Part shown: positions 9,592 to 17,950 of the stretch, in pieces
How positions within the stretch are numbered: position 1 is the first letter of the stretch
Layout of the letters: every line of letters begins with the position of its first letter
Virus record (IMG/VR): IMGVR_UViG_3300043568_000537
Coordinates: 1 to 54,463 of that record
DNA: 54,463 nt
Strand: one strand, 5' to 3'
Source: a virus
Lineage: Duplodnaviria > Caudoviricetes
Notes under the pieces: generated by a model
Seen by the model: the letters and a program-made list of their open reading frames with translations, nothing else
What the model was told of the DNA's origin: nothing
Database searches by the model: none
Program-made: the position numbers and the translations under genes

Positions 9592-9921
9592 TTATTGGGG
9601 GTTTGGTGAAATTTCGTCCATTCTAGAGTTGACATAGTCAACGATTACTTTCTCTAAATCATCCTGCATTGATGTTGGAATCAGTGAGACAACACGCAGT
9701 ATCTCATCATATCTAAGAGTATCAATGGCTTGAAGCGTAGATCTTTGTGTCTTCATTTCTATAGCTTGCTTGAGCCATCTTAACCTATCACGTATTGTCC
9801 TAACAGCACTCTTGGCATTTGGGGGGAACGTGCTGTCTAAACATAAGTCCTCTGCATATATCAATGCGTTTGCTATGTTTACGTATATAAGATGAAGTGA
9901 TTGCTGTTGTCCTATTGTCAT
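9592..9921 (-). CDS. Hypothetical protein
   Basis: 109-aa ORF with coupled start and stop. Confidence 0.6.
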   Translation of the reverse strand: MTIGQQQSLHLIYVNIANALIYAEDLCLDSTFPPNAKSAVRTIRDRLRWLKQAIEMKTQRSTLQAIDTLRYDEILRVVSLIPTSMQDDLEKVIVDYVNSRMDEISPNPQ

Positions 9922-10223
9922 TGTTCCATCATTTTTAACAGTTCTTTTTCTACTATCCTGTACTTGAATGTAAAGTTGTCATCATACTTTAACATAAAGT
10001 CAGCATCATTAATGTGGTATAGTGTACCACTATGCTCATTACATCCTACATACCTCGCTACATCCATAAATGTGTGAAGCATATACTTTTTAAGTAGGGA
10101 TACAAATGCTTTCTTTGCGTACATCTCTGCTCTTTTCCTTTCTCTACCACGTAGGTAGAACTCTTGGTCAACCTCAAAGACTTCAGCGACCATTAGCTTT
10201 AGTTTGTGTTTGTAATCTTCCAT
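9918..10223 (-). CDS. DnaA domain IV-like helix-turn-helix protein
   Basis: MVAEVFEV..RERKRAEMYAK..TFMDVARYVGCNEHSGTLYH resembles the DnaA C-terminal domain. Confidence 0.55.
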   Translation of the reverse strand: MEDYKHKLKLMVAEVFEVDQEFYLRGRERKRAEMYAKKAFVSLLKKYMLHTFMDVARYVGCNEHSGTLYHINDADFMLKYDDNFTFKYRIVEKELLKMMEQ

Positions 10224-10388
10224 GCTGTTTTGTTTTATAATTAATAATAATCTTCATCAGAGTCTATCGGTGAGTTGTATACCTCGTATAGTATCCAAGA
10301 GATAAGAAAAATAACTACTGCTGCGTAAATGTACATATGGTTTGATTTAATGTGTAATTAAAGGGATAAAACAATGCATTCTGTGTCG

Positions 10389-10706
10389 CTATAAGGGATT
10401 CTCTTCTCCCCCTTGTTGCTCCTCTATTATTGATATTACTATATCAATTATACCTCTTGTTGTTGGATGTGTCTTCATAGCGCCTATCTCAGCCATACAC
10501 TTATCTATTACCTTGTACTTGTCAATCTTGTATCCAAGCCACTCAAGGCTTATAATTTTCATCCCCTTAGTGTCAGATATTAGTACGGGGTAATGCTGTA
10601 TACCTTTTGAGTATAGGTACATTTGAGTAAAGTTTAGTGCGTCATTTACGTGATTACACTTGGCATCTTCGTAGCCTGCGTTGTAAGAGTCGATGATAAT
10701 CTTCAT
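10389..10706 (-). CDS. Hypothetical protein
   Basis: 105-aa ORF with an A-rich start context. Confidence 0.55.
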   Translation of the reverse strand: MKIIIDSYNAGYEDAKCNHVNDALNFTQMYLYSKGIQHYPVLISDTKGMKIISLEWLGYKIDKYKVIDKCMAEIGAMKTHPTTRGIIDIVISIIEEQQGGEENPL

Positions 10707-10711
10707 GCGTA

Positions 10712-10749
10712 TTGTTTGATTTTAGAACAATTGTTTTGTTTTAGAACAA
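10712..10749. repeat. Tandem 19-bp imperfect direct repeat
   Basis: TTGTTTGATTTTAGAACAA (10712-10730) and TTGTTTTGTTTTAGAACAA (10731-10749). Confidence 0.7.
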
Positions 10750-10906
10750 AAAGTTTGCTACACTCTGGCAGTAGCTTCCCACCTGTCAGCCTTATCCGTT
10801 TATAACAGTACCCCCTTCCATCCGGATGAGCAGGCCGACTATGTCTATCCCAACCCAGGTGCATGGGTACAAGGTTTATGAGATGTCGGGGTTGAATTAT
10901 TTATAC

Positions 10907-10937
10907 GCAAGATATAAACATTTTGCGGAATAACAAA
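10907..10937 (-). promoter_or_regulatory. Bacteroidota-type promoter
   Basis: Minus strand TTTG, 19 nt, TATCTTGC. Confidence 0.55.
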
Positions 10938-10952
10938 ATATATTTTAAGTAT

Positions 10953-11573
10953 TTATAGTGTTGATTTTAATATATCTAAACATAATTGTTTAGGAATCAT
11001 AGATCTGTTGTAATCTCCTTTGATACCTTGTGTACCTGTCCGTGATCCTCTTGGTGCTGACTGATGGCATGTATCTCCATTCTTACACATCTCCCGTGGA
11101 TACCACTTATCTGAATTAGTCCATATGTCTGTTGGCTTCATCCTAGTATCTCCGTATTGACAATACGTAACTGTATGTCTTTTATCAAAGAAGTCTGATA
11201 CGGGTAGCTTCCTTAGTTTACCTCTTGGATTCTCTACAAAGTAGATGAGGTTTTGATTTAGCTGTTGGTAATGCTTGATGATATCTATTGTCTTTTGTAC
11301 AATCTTAACTCCAAGAACAGCATTATCTGTCTTAGGTGTATTGTCTATGTTCCAATGCTTACCTATACTTGCAACTGAAAAGAAGGTGCATGGTGGTGAT
11401 GCCCATATGATATCCGGTATGAATGGGACTTTATCTGTATCAAACTGTAGTATGTCTGATACATAGTTAATATCTTTAAATGCATTTATATCAGATGAGT
11501 ATACTTCAAACCCCATCTGTTCTGCTGCTGTACCTACTGACCTACTACCTGCAAACAGTTCTAATAGCTTCAT
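10953..11573 (-). CDS. Short DNA (cytosine-5)-methyltransferase
   Basis: ELFAG (motif I), WASPPC (catalytic PC), VENP (motif VI), YCQYG..RMKPTDIWTN. Confidence 0.88.
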   Translation of the reverse strand: MKLLELFAGSRSVGTAAEQMGFEVYSSDINAFKDINYVSDILQFDTDKVPFIPDIIWASPPCTFFSVASIGKHWNIDNTPKTDNAVLGVKIVQKTIDIIKHYQQLNQNLIYFVENPRGKLRKLPVSDFFDKRHTVTYCQYGDTRMKPTDIWTNSDKWYPREMCKNGDTCHQSAPRGSRTGTQGIKGDYNRSMIPKQLCLDILKSTL

Positions 11574-11582
11574 ATTATTTTT

Positions 11583-11747
11583 TTAAAAACCATACAATAG
11601 ATTGTCTTTCTTTTTATTATCACTATTCTTTTTACTGTTCAATGCCTTACACTTCTTACACCAACTTCCATATCCTGTTCTTGTACCATTGTCTTTTCCA
11701 AAGTCAGTGTATTGTTTCTCTACTTTACATTTAGTACACTTCTTCAT
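11583..11747 (-). CDS. 54-aa zinc-finger protein (not in ORF track)
   Basis: MKKCTKCKVEK...SWCKKCK, with two CxxC pairs. Confidence 0.6.
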   Translation of the reverse strand: MKKCTKCKVEKQYTDFGKDNGTRTGYGSWCKKCKALNSKKNSDNKKKDNLLYGF

Positions 11748-11751
11748 ATGT

Positions 11752-11895
11752 TTATATTTCAACTACTATACCTTGTTGACAGCTATAGGCTTCATCATCA
11801 GCCTCATCTTTACTTGTAAATACTAATGGATAACCATTTTGGTCAGTACAGATTGTAGGATATTCTTTATCAAATGTTTCAATTACGATGTACAT
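11752..11895 (-). CDS. 47-aa hypothetical protein (not in ORF track)
   Basis: MYIVIETFDKEYPTICTDQNGYPLVFTSKDEADDEAYSCQQGIVVEI, packed against the next gene. Confidence 0.5.
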   Translation of the reverse strand: MYIVIETFDKEYPTICTDQNGYPLVFTSKDEADDEAYSCQQGIVVEI

Positions 11896-12172
11896 AAAGT
11901 ATTAATTTAATTGTTAATAATATACAGTCCCGAACTTAGATTTGAAATTAGGAGGTCAGAAAAGAGAAGTTAACCTCCCCTCCCAAAGAGATTAACCTCC
12001 TTCCCTGACCTTAACAGTCCGTCACTTGAGTTATCAAATAGGTAGGCTGTATAGGGTTAAGAAGTTACCATCACCACTATACATTTAACAGGATACTTAG
12101 GAATCTTTTACAAGGCTAAGTATTTATATTTCCTTGTACTCAGAACTTAGAGGGGTAGACGACTACTTGCTA

Positions 12173-12281
12173 GTCAATCCAAATAAAAAACCCACACTGA
12201 TTGCAGCAGTATGGGTTTAATAAAAGAGGGTTCTCTTAAATCAAACCCGATTGAATACTGCAATTATCTAATCGGATTGAC
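12173..12281 (-). ncRNA. Candidate structured small RNA / leader with a kissing-loop pair of hairpins
   Basis: Outer GTCAATCC/GGATTGAC stem, two inner hairpins with complementary loops (ATTGCAG/CTGCAAT), the second followed by a U-tract; consensus promoter directly upstream. Confidence 0.55.
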
Positions 12282-12285
12282 AATA

Positions 12286-12317
12286 CAAAACTAATAACAG
12301 TTTTCTAATCTACCAAA
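12286..12317 (-). promoter_or_regulatory. Consensus Bacteroidota housekeeping-sigma promoter
   Basis: Minus strand TTTG (12314-12317), 20 nt, TAGTTTTG (12286-12293). Confidence 0.75.
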
Positions 12318-12320
12318 TAT

Positions 12321-12581
12321 TTATACAATTAAGTCATCAATATTTATTCCCTCCTCTTCAAGTAGTTCGTATATCCTCTCAAAGGCAAGGTCTATAGCAT
12401 CATATGCATCAAAGGTTTCATCCTTCATTTGTCTAGCCTCTACGGTATACTTTAGGGACTTCTTTGAGTTGTTTACTAAGTTCCATATGAACATAGCCAT
12501 AGCTGTAGATTTGGTGCATCTTAGGTGCTCTACCCTGTCATCAAAGTCTGCAAGATTGAATGTTAGTGTTGCTGTTGCCAT
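12321..12581 (-). CDS. Hypothetical phage protein
   Basis: ATG at 12581 (MATATLTFNL) with an A-rich upstream region. Confidence 0.6.
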   Translation of the reverse strand: MATATLTFNLADFDDRVEHLRCTKSTAMAMFIWNLVNNSKKSLKYTVEARQMKDETFDAYDAIDLAFERIYELLEEEGINIDDLIV

Positions 12582-12591
12582 GTTTTGTAGT

Positions 12592-12870
12592 TTATTTGTC
12601 AGTTTTATCCTGACGTGATTGATACATATCGTTATAGTAATCCTCCATTGATTTATACTTGCCTGCAACTATAGCATCTGCTCCATCATTATAGGCAAAT
12701 GTTATCTGCTCTTTCTCTATTGCTTTGGCTTGTTCCAATATTTCATCAGAAGGTCTTGTTATGCTTACATTACAATGATGCCATAACCATTCTACTGCTG
12801 TCATACGTTCACGTTCTTGTTTATTAACCATTTGTTGGTTATACCATTCGTAAGGTGTTTGTTGTGCCAT
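12592..12870 (-). CDS. Hypothetical phage protein (TAVEWL...EQAK.EKEQI pattern)
   Basis: Motif pattern I recognise from small proteins of aquatic Bacteroidota-type phages. Confidence 0.65.
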   Translation of the reverse strand: MAQQTPYEWYNQQMVNKQERERMTAVEWLWHHCNVSITRPSDEILEQAKAIEKEQITFAYNDGADAIVAGKYKSMEDYYNDMYQSRQDKTDK

Positions 12871-12873
12871 AGT

Positions 12874-13077
12874 TTATAGTTTTTCTATTTCAGTTTTTAC
12901 ATTAATGTAGAACTCTTTAGATACATCTTCAACTTGTGTATCAGGCTCTCCGCTCCAAGGAGTAACCTTAATAACCTCATCAATGGCTACTAGTGCACAT
13001 TCAATGGCTACTCGTTGACTAACTACCTTTGACATGTATTTGACTACTAAATATGCTGCTTTTTGTTGTGTTGTCAT
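12874..13077 (-). CDS. Hypothetical phage protein
   Basis: AIECALVAIDEVI...VKTEIEKL; tightly packed. Confidence 0.65.
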   Translation of the reverse strand: MTTQQKAAYLVVKYMSKVVSQRVAIECALVAIDEVIKVTPWSGEPDTQVEDVSKEFYINVKTEIEKL

Positions 13078-13079
13078 GT

Positions 13080-13502
13080 TTATTTATTTAGATTTTCAGT
13101 ATTTACACAATATCCACAACCCTCTCCGTCACAATGGTGACAATCATTTGTAGGAAGAATTACAGACCTAACATATCCCAATAGCTTAAATCTTTCAACA
13201 GTTGTTTTAAGCTCCATAACAGCTTCCCCGCTATAAATCATAGCATCTATTAGTTCTCCAACTAACCTATGTCTTTCAAGTGTGTTAAGGTCTCCCCATT
13301 TTGGTAAAGTTTCTCTCTTCATTTTTGTGTTGTTTTTACATTGTTTGCAATATTGAGGAGGCATGTCTAGCTTCCCTTTGATGGCCATTATTTCTTCATC
13401 AGTGAAGCTACTTCCTATCTTCATGATTACTCTACAGCTTGAGCATAGTAGTGCACCAAGTCCTCCGTTGTATTTGAATATAGCTTTTTCATCTTGTCTC
13501 AT
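13080..13502 (-). CDS. Hypothetical protein with two Cys-rich modules, possible internal start at 13322
   Basis: CxxC...CxxC in the N-terminal half and CxxCxGxGCxxC at the C-terminus. Confidence 0.55.
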   Translation of the reverse strand: MRQDEKAIFKYNGGLGALLCSSCRVIMKIGSSFTDEEIMAIKGKLDMPPQYCKQCKNNTKMKRETLPKWGDLNTLERHRLVGELIDAMIYSGEAVMELKTTVERFKLLGYVRSVILPTNDCHHCDGEGCGYCVNTENLNK

Positions 13503-14188
13503 ATGTCAATTGTTATGATGTTCCCGTGAGAAGTTAATCCAAGGTCAAACCTGCCATCTGTTACGCATGACGCATTAGAGAACTTAGTAGGACTCTTGCT
13601 ATACTTTGACAATCCTTGATTATTAATCCCCTTCATGTCGTGTATATGCCCAAACAGATGAGCCTTTGGCTTGTACATGAATATCCACTTCATTAGGGCA
13701 CTATCTCCACATTGCTTGAGCTCTCCATCCATCTCTTCTGTAAGGTCTCTCACTCCCTTCGCAGGCCCGTGTGTGACTAGCACATCCATATCTGTTGGCA
13801 TTGTCTCCCACACCCTATTGATTGTCTGCCTAGACTTCATGAATGCCCATTCTCCAAACGTAGGAGTGTAGGGTGAGCCAAAGATTTTGACACCATCAAT
13901 TATGACACTATCGTGTTCTAAGTACACAATACCCCTATTCTCAAAGTCAACCTGCTTGAACATCCTTTTCTCTATTGAGGTATCATGATTACCTGCAACG
14001 TATATCTTATGCTTTACAGGTACAGTCATATACCATTCAGCAAAGTCATGAACCTCATTTAGGTTACGTGCCGGATCCCTCCAATTAGAACAGTCTCCGG
14101 AATGGATGACAACATCTATGTTCTCAAATACTCTTTCGGGTAAGTCCTTGTGAAATCCATGGGTGTCGGAGAGGTGCAGAATTTTCAT
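13499..14188 (-). CDS. Metallophosphoesterase
   Basis: SDTHG, HSGD, AGNHD, VTHGP and FGHIH motifs. Confidence 0.9.
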   Translation of the reverse strand: MKILHLSDTHGFHKDLPERVFENIDVVIHSGDCSNWRDPARNLNEVHDFAEWYMTVPVKHKIYVAGNHDTSIEKRMFKQVDFENRGIVYLEHDSVIIDGVKIFGSPYTPTFGEWAFMKSRQTINRVWETMPTDMDVLVTHGPAKGVRDLTEEMDGELKQCGDSALMKWIFMYKPKAHLFGHIHDMKGINNQGLSKYSKSPTKFSNASCVTDGRFDLGLTSHGNIITIDI

Positions 14189-14898
14189 TTGATGAGAGTT
14201 TTTACCATTTCGGTGACGTTAACAAAAAGGTCGTCAAGCGTACCGTTATTGTGTATTACATAATCAAAGTTCCAATCGTCAAGCTCTACCTCAGATACGT
14301 GATTATTTACAGGCTCTAATCCATCACTATGAACCCTTACTACAAACCCATCATAATCTTTAATAGCCTTAGCCTCATTGACAAACCTTGTATCAGTGAT
14401 AATCCAATTAGAATGTGGTATATCCCTACGAGTGTCTCCAACATATCCGGAGAATGCCGTCTTTCTATACTCAGCCATAAGAGCATTAACCCACACATCG
14501 GGATGCAGGTTATTACGCAATGCATCAGTCCCTAGCTTTTGAAGGAACTCTCTAACAGTTATGAGTTGATTGAACTGTATATCCTCAAATGGCGTAATAC
14601 TATTGAGAGGGTTTGTACCAACTGTACCCCACTCATCACCCAATAACGCATCCTTAAACGCTCTATCCTCAAACATCTTCTCACTAATGCCAGTGAGTAC
14701 ACTAGCTACAGCTTTTAACTTACCTGCCCACTTCTTAACCTCCCATCCTGACATATCCTCTAGCATATACATATAGCTATTAGGATGCTTTAGTATCTCG
14801 TGGATAGTCTTGCTATCAATGCCTGACATTGCATACTGCATCATAGTACCTACAGTATCCTTACCCGAATTAGCGTAACCCGAAATTCCTATAATCAT
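14185..14898 (-). CDS. Deoxynucleoside monophosphate kinase
   Basis: IIGISGYANSGKDT P-loop, REFLQKLGTD, IITDTRFVNE, HVSE, IHNNGT. Confidence 0.88.
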   Translation of the reverse strand: MIIGISGYANSGKDTVGTMMQYAMSGIDSKTIHEILKHPNSYMYMLEDMSGWEVKKWAGKLKAVASVLTGISEKMFEDRAFKDALLGDEWGTVGTNPLNSITPFEDIQFNQLITVREFLQKLGTDALRNNLHPDVWVNALMAEYRKTAFSGYVGDTRRDIPHSNWIITDTRFVNEAKAIKDYDGFVVRVHSDGLEPVNNHVSEVELDDWNFDYVIHNNGTLDDLFVNVTEMVKTLIK

Positions 14899-14909
14899 AG
14901 TTGTAGTTT

Positions 14910-15338
14910 TTATTCGTAAACGATTTTAATATTACCTTCCTTGATTAGATTATGTTTCTTAGCACATTCAACTATACCGGCATACACTTCCGGATAAGCT
15001 TTAGCCCAATCCTTGCAAGTATTTATGCTGTGTAGTAGTGTACTATGTTGTCTTAGATTTAGCATCTTGTATATCTTATGCATAGTCATTGCCTCTTCTT
15101 CAACGAGCATATACCTAAACCATATCTTTTCATATGAGTTATTCTTTCTGCCCTTAGAGAATAGCACAGACTTGTCTACGTTGAAATACTCAGCTATAGC
15201 AGTCGCCCACTTATCAACCCTTGGATCATCGTCTGTCACCTCTCCGCTTGCATTCCTCTTCTCTTGTACAGTAAGTTCTTTACCATACTTATCATATATA
15301 TACTTCTTGAAATCTAACACATCATTGCTGAAAGCCAT
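14910..15338 (-). CDS. DnaA domain IV-like helix-turn-helix protein
   Basis: IAEYFNVDKSVLFSKGRK...LRQHSTLLHSI resembles the DnaA signature helix (RDHTTVxHA). Confidence 0.65.
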   Translation of the reverse strand: MAFSNDVLDFKKYIYDKYGKELTVQEKRNASGEVTDDDPRVDKWATAIAEYFNVDKSVLFSKGRKNNSYEKIWFRYMLVEEEAMTMHKIYKMLNLRQHSTLLHSINTCKDWAKAYPEVYAGIVECAKKHNLIKEGNIKIVYE

Positions 15339-15537
15339 CTTTTATTTTTTGATAATTGTTTAATATGTTTAACGCATCTGTGTCCAGGTCTTCATTAAGC
15401 CATCCTTTGCTATCTATAAGCATCTTAATAATCATGTCGCTCATAATCTTATTCATCCTTACATTAGCATTTCTTGATGCATTAACTTTCCTAAATGATT
15501 CCATAATCTTGGCTAACTTATCTTCACACTCACTCAT
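15322..15537 (-). CDS. Hypothetical protein
   Basis: 71-aa packed ORF. Confidence 0.5.
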   Translation of the reverse strand: MSECEDKLAKIMESFRKVNASRNANVRMNKIMSDMIIKMLIDSKGWLNEDLDTDALNILNNYQKIKDGFQQ

Positions 15538-15758
15538 AGTATTTGAAATTTACCATACGGATACACATCAACAACCCTTGTAGTACCTACTAAGTATTCA
15601 GTTATCCTTGTGTCTCCAAGTATGAATGACCTAATCTCTTTGCTAACCTCCGGCATATCCGACCAATTTAATACAGCTATGCAGGTAATGTTAGAGTATT
15701 CTTCATGCCTCATTAGAGCCTCACAGGCGTTCCGTATCGTAACTAGGGAGTAGTTCAT
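15534..15758 (-). CDS. Hypothetical protein
   Basis: 74-aa packed ORF. Confidence 0.5.
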   Translation of the reverse strand: MNYSLVTIRNACEALMRHEEYSNITCIAVLNWSDMPEVSKEIRSFILGDTRITEYLVGTTRVVDVYPYGKFQIL

Positions 15759-15924
15759 CTGCCATTGTATTATACATGTCCTTTAATCCCCTCTCATATC
15801 CCTTACAGAAGCACAGCTTTATAAGGCTAGGGTGTATGTCCGGAAGGTTGTAGGTTAGGTCAAAATCTTCCTTGAATCTCATGTACGAGTTCTCTATGTC
15901 TACTGACATATCTAATTTATTCAT
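15721..15924 (-). CDS. Hypothetical protein
   Basis: ATG at 15924 just downstream of a promoter. Confidence 0.5.
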   Translation of the reverse strand: MNKLDMSVDIENSYMRFKEDFDLTYNLPDIHPSLIKLCFCKGYERGLKDMYNTMADELLPSYDTERL

Positions 15925-15942
15925 GATGTTGATTTTAAGTGT

Positions 15943-15988
15943 GCAAATTAAAGACAAGGTGTGGACAAATCAAGTATATTTATCCACA
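15943..15988 (-). promoter_or_regulatory. Promoter overlapped by an inverted pair of DnaA boxes
   Basis: Minus strand CTTG (15971-15974), 20 nt, TAATTTGC (15943-15950); TGTGGACAA at 15960-15968 and TTATCCACA at 15980-15988. Confidence 0.6.
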
Positions 15989-16006
15989 ACCTTGCCTATA
16001 TTGTTG

Positions 16007-16306
16007 TTAAATTGAAGGTCTATTCTTCCTATTATCGAAGTCGACACCGCCAAACCTGCCACCTCCATACATCATCTCATTCTCAACAGATATTTCATAA
16101 GAGATGTCATCCCAATCTGATGCATCCAAAGAATACCTCTTAGTTTCCAATATGATTTCACTATGAACGTATGAGTCTGTGTCCCACCTGTCAGTCATAT
16201 TCAAGAGTTCTTTAGCTGTCTCAAGGGCTGACTCTTTATTATCGGAAGGGATGTCATGCTCTTCTCTTTCCCATGCGATTACTTTGCGATAGATTGTTAC
16301 CTTCAT
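16007..16306 (-). CDS. Hypothetical early protein
   Basis: 99-aa acidic ORF. Confidence 0.55.
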   Translation of the reverse strand: MKVTIYRKVIAWEREEHDIPSDNKESALETAKELLNMTDRWDTDSYVHSEIILETKRYSLDASDWDDISYEISVENEMMYGGGRFGGVDFDNRKNRPSI

Positions 16307-16587
16307 AGTTCCACTTTTACAGTTTTAAGATACCCTCTCATTGCGTTGTCTACAGCATCCTGCTGTGTTGGATACAGTGTGCTATCCATCTTTAACTTAC
16401 CTCCGAATGCGTAGGCATTGGCATACATTGTCTTGGTAAGATTAAGATCTAAGCCTGACTTGTACACCTTGTTCCTTCTACCTTCCTTATCCCATGTGAA
16501 TACTTTGCCATCCACATTACCTACCTGAAGACCTAACTCCTTAACAAATGTCAAATTCTTAACTTGCTTTCCGTTTTTTGTAAACAT
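16303..16587 (-). CDS. Hypothetical early protein
   Basis: ATG at 16587 (MFTKNGKQV..TWDKEG..SGLDL). Confidence 0.55.
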   Translation of the reverse strand: MFTKNGKQVKNLTFVKELGLQVGNVDGKVFTWDKEGRRNKVYKSGLDLNLTKTMYANAYAFGGKLKMDSTLYPTQQDAVDNAMRGYLKTVKVEL

Positions 16588-16606
16588 AACTATTGGTTTT
16601 ATTGGT

Positions 16607-16864
16607 TTATAATACTGGCAATACGCCATTTGCTCCATAGAATAATACACCTCCATCATTACCTTCGTCATCACATGATAGGATACATGATGTTCCGTCA
16701 TTTAGGGAGAAGCACACGGGTCTGCTGTGCCACCCCATCATTTCCATCTCTTTATCATTTAGGTATCGTACATCAACGATTGTCTTACCTAACAATACTT
16801 TCTTTGCCACGCCATTCCAATGTGCGTGTAGTTCTTTTTCGTTTCTAACTCTTGCTTCATTCAT
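16607..16864 (-). CDS. Hypothetical early protein
   Basis: LLGKTIVDVRYL...GW...LSCDDEGNDGG pattern. Confidence 0.65.
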   Translation of the reverse strand: MNEARVRNEKELHAHWNGVAKKVLLGKTIVDVRYLNDKEMEMMGWHSRPVCFSLNDGTSCILSCDDEGNDGGVLFYGANGVLPVL

Positions 16865-16869
16865 AGTTT

Positions 16870-17232
16870 TTATATTTCTGCGTTAAATGAACATTGCCCT
16901 GTATTGATAATGCACTCCTCTATCTGTTTGCCTAACTTATAGTCAGCATAGTCACTAACCATATGAATGGGGAGTCCTGCTTCTTTAAGCATATCATCAT
17001 TGTATCCGCCCTCTCTTGAGAAGAACTCATCAAACTTCTCCATCCTATCACCTATTTTCTTCTTTATTTTGCGAAGTTCTTTCTGCACATCCTTCAAGTG
17101 GTCATCATCAAAATAATACTCAATGTAACTTGGCTCACATTCTGCCGACTTGCTGAATCTTGATGGTGCATCACTTGATTGTACAGCGAACCAAAACTTA
17201 CCTTCAATGTCTCCGTGGTAATAACGTCCCAT
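16870..17232 (-). CDS. Hypothetical early protein
   Basis: MGRYYHGDIEGKFWFAVQSS...ADYKLGKQIEECI..GQCSFNAE. Confidence 0.7.
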   Translation of the reverse strand: MGRYYHGDIEGKFWFAVQSSDAPSRFSKSAECEPSYIEYYFDDDHLKDVQKELRKIKKKIGDRMEKFDEFFSREGGYNDDMLKEAGLPIHMVSDYADYKLGKQIEECIINTGQCSFNAEI

Positions 17233-17243
17233 AACTGTTGTTT

Positions 17244-17507
17244 TTAATTGCTTGAAAAATAAAGTTCTCCATTGTTCTTGTATACGTACTCTTGTCCATT
17301 CTCTACAATGGTAACAAGTGTACCATTCCTAAGTCCATCTGAATAGAACTTAGCATAGGGATCCGGTGAGTTGTCTAAAACATTTAGCACATTGTTTGGG
17401 TCTACCATACTACACCCGTATATTGGTGTATGGGTAAATGCAATTCTGACCATTGGAAAATTGTTTTCCAATAGTTTTCTGTAATAACCTTTTGGAGGAG
17501 TACTCAT
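17244..17507 (-). CDS. Hypothetical early protein
   Basis: 87-aa ORF with an A-rich start context. Confidence 0.5.
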   Translation of the reverse strand: MSTPPKGYYRKLLENNFPMVRIAFTHTPIYGCSMVDPNNVLNVLDNSPDPYAKFYSDGLRNGTLVTIVENGQEYVYKNNGELYFSSN

Positions 17508-17649
17508 AATTGTTGTTTTTATTGGTTTTAAAATCTAAGTATTTGCAAATAGTTCTGATAGGCATCCTCATATGTGAGTGCCCAAATCTTGTATCCATCA
17601 ATGACAAATAGTTTCTTTTCCATAATTTTTGTTTTATTGTTAGTGAATA

Positions 17650-17934
17650 TTAGGCTTTGCAAACTGGCACATTCTTGAGGTGGTCCTTGTGCTTTGATAC
17701 TGCTACCCGAACACCATCGTCATGAAGGCATGACCAAAAGTCACGACCCTCTCTTGTATCCGCCCATATCATAGAGCTGTTGATAAAGTCTCTCATGCTG
17801 TCATACTTCTGTAGCAACACTTGCCATGAGTTTTGTTTGTGCCTAATAGATATATTGTACAATGCCCTGTCTCTGATACCGAGGGGTAGTTGCCTTAAAT
17901 AATCTAATCCTGATGGTACAGTTTTCTTTTTCAT
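17650..17934 (-). CDS. Hypothetical early protein
   Basis: WADTREGRDFW motif; ATG at 17934. Confidence 0.55.
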   Translation of the reverse strand: MKKKTVPSGLDYLRQLPLGIRDRALYNISIRHKQNSWQVLLQKYDSMRDFINSSMIWADTREGRDFWSCLHDDGVRVAVSKHKDHLKNVPVCKA

Positions 17935-17950
17935 GCTATGAGAGTTTTTA

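Noticed and set aside
10820-10842. Hammerhead ribozyme core near CCGGATGAG
   Set aside because: It does not match CTGANGA and no suitably placed GAAA is present.
10953-11573. Restriction-modification system
   Set aside because: No adjacent restriction nuclease; an orphan methyltransferase is common in phages.
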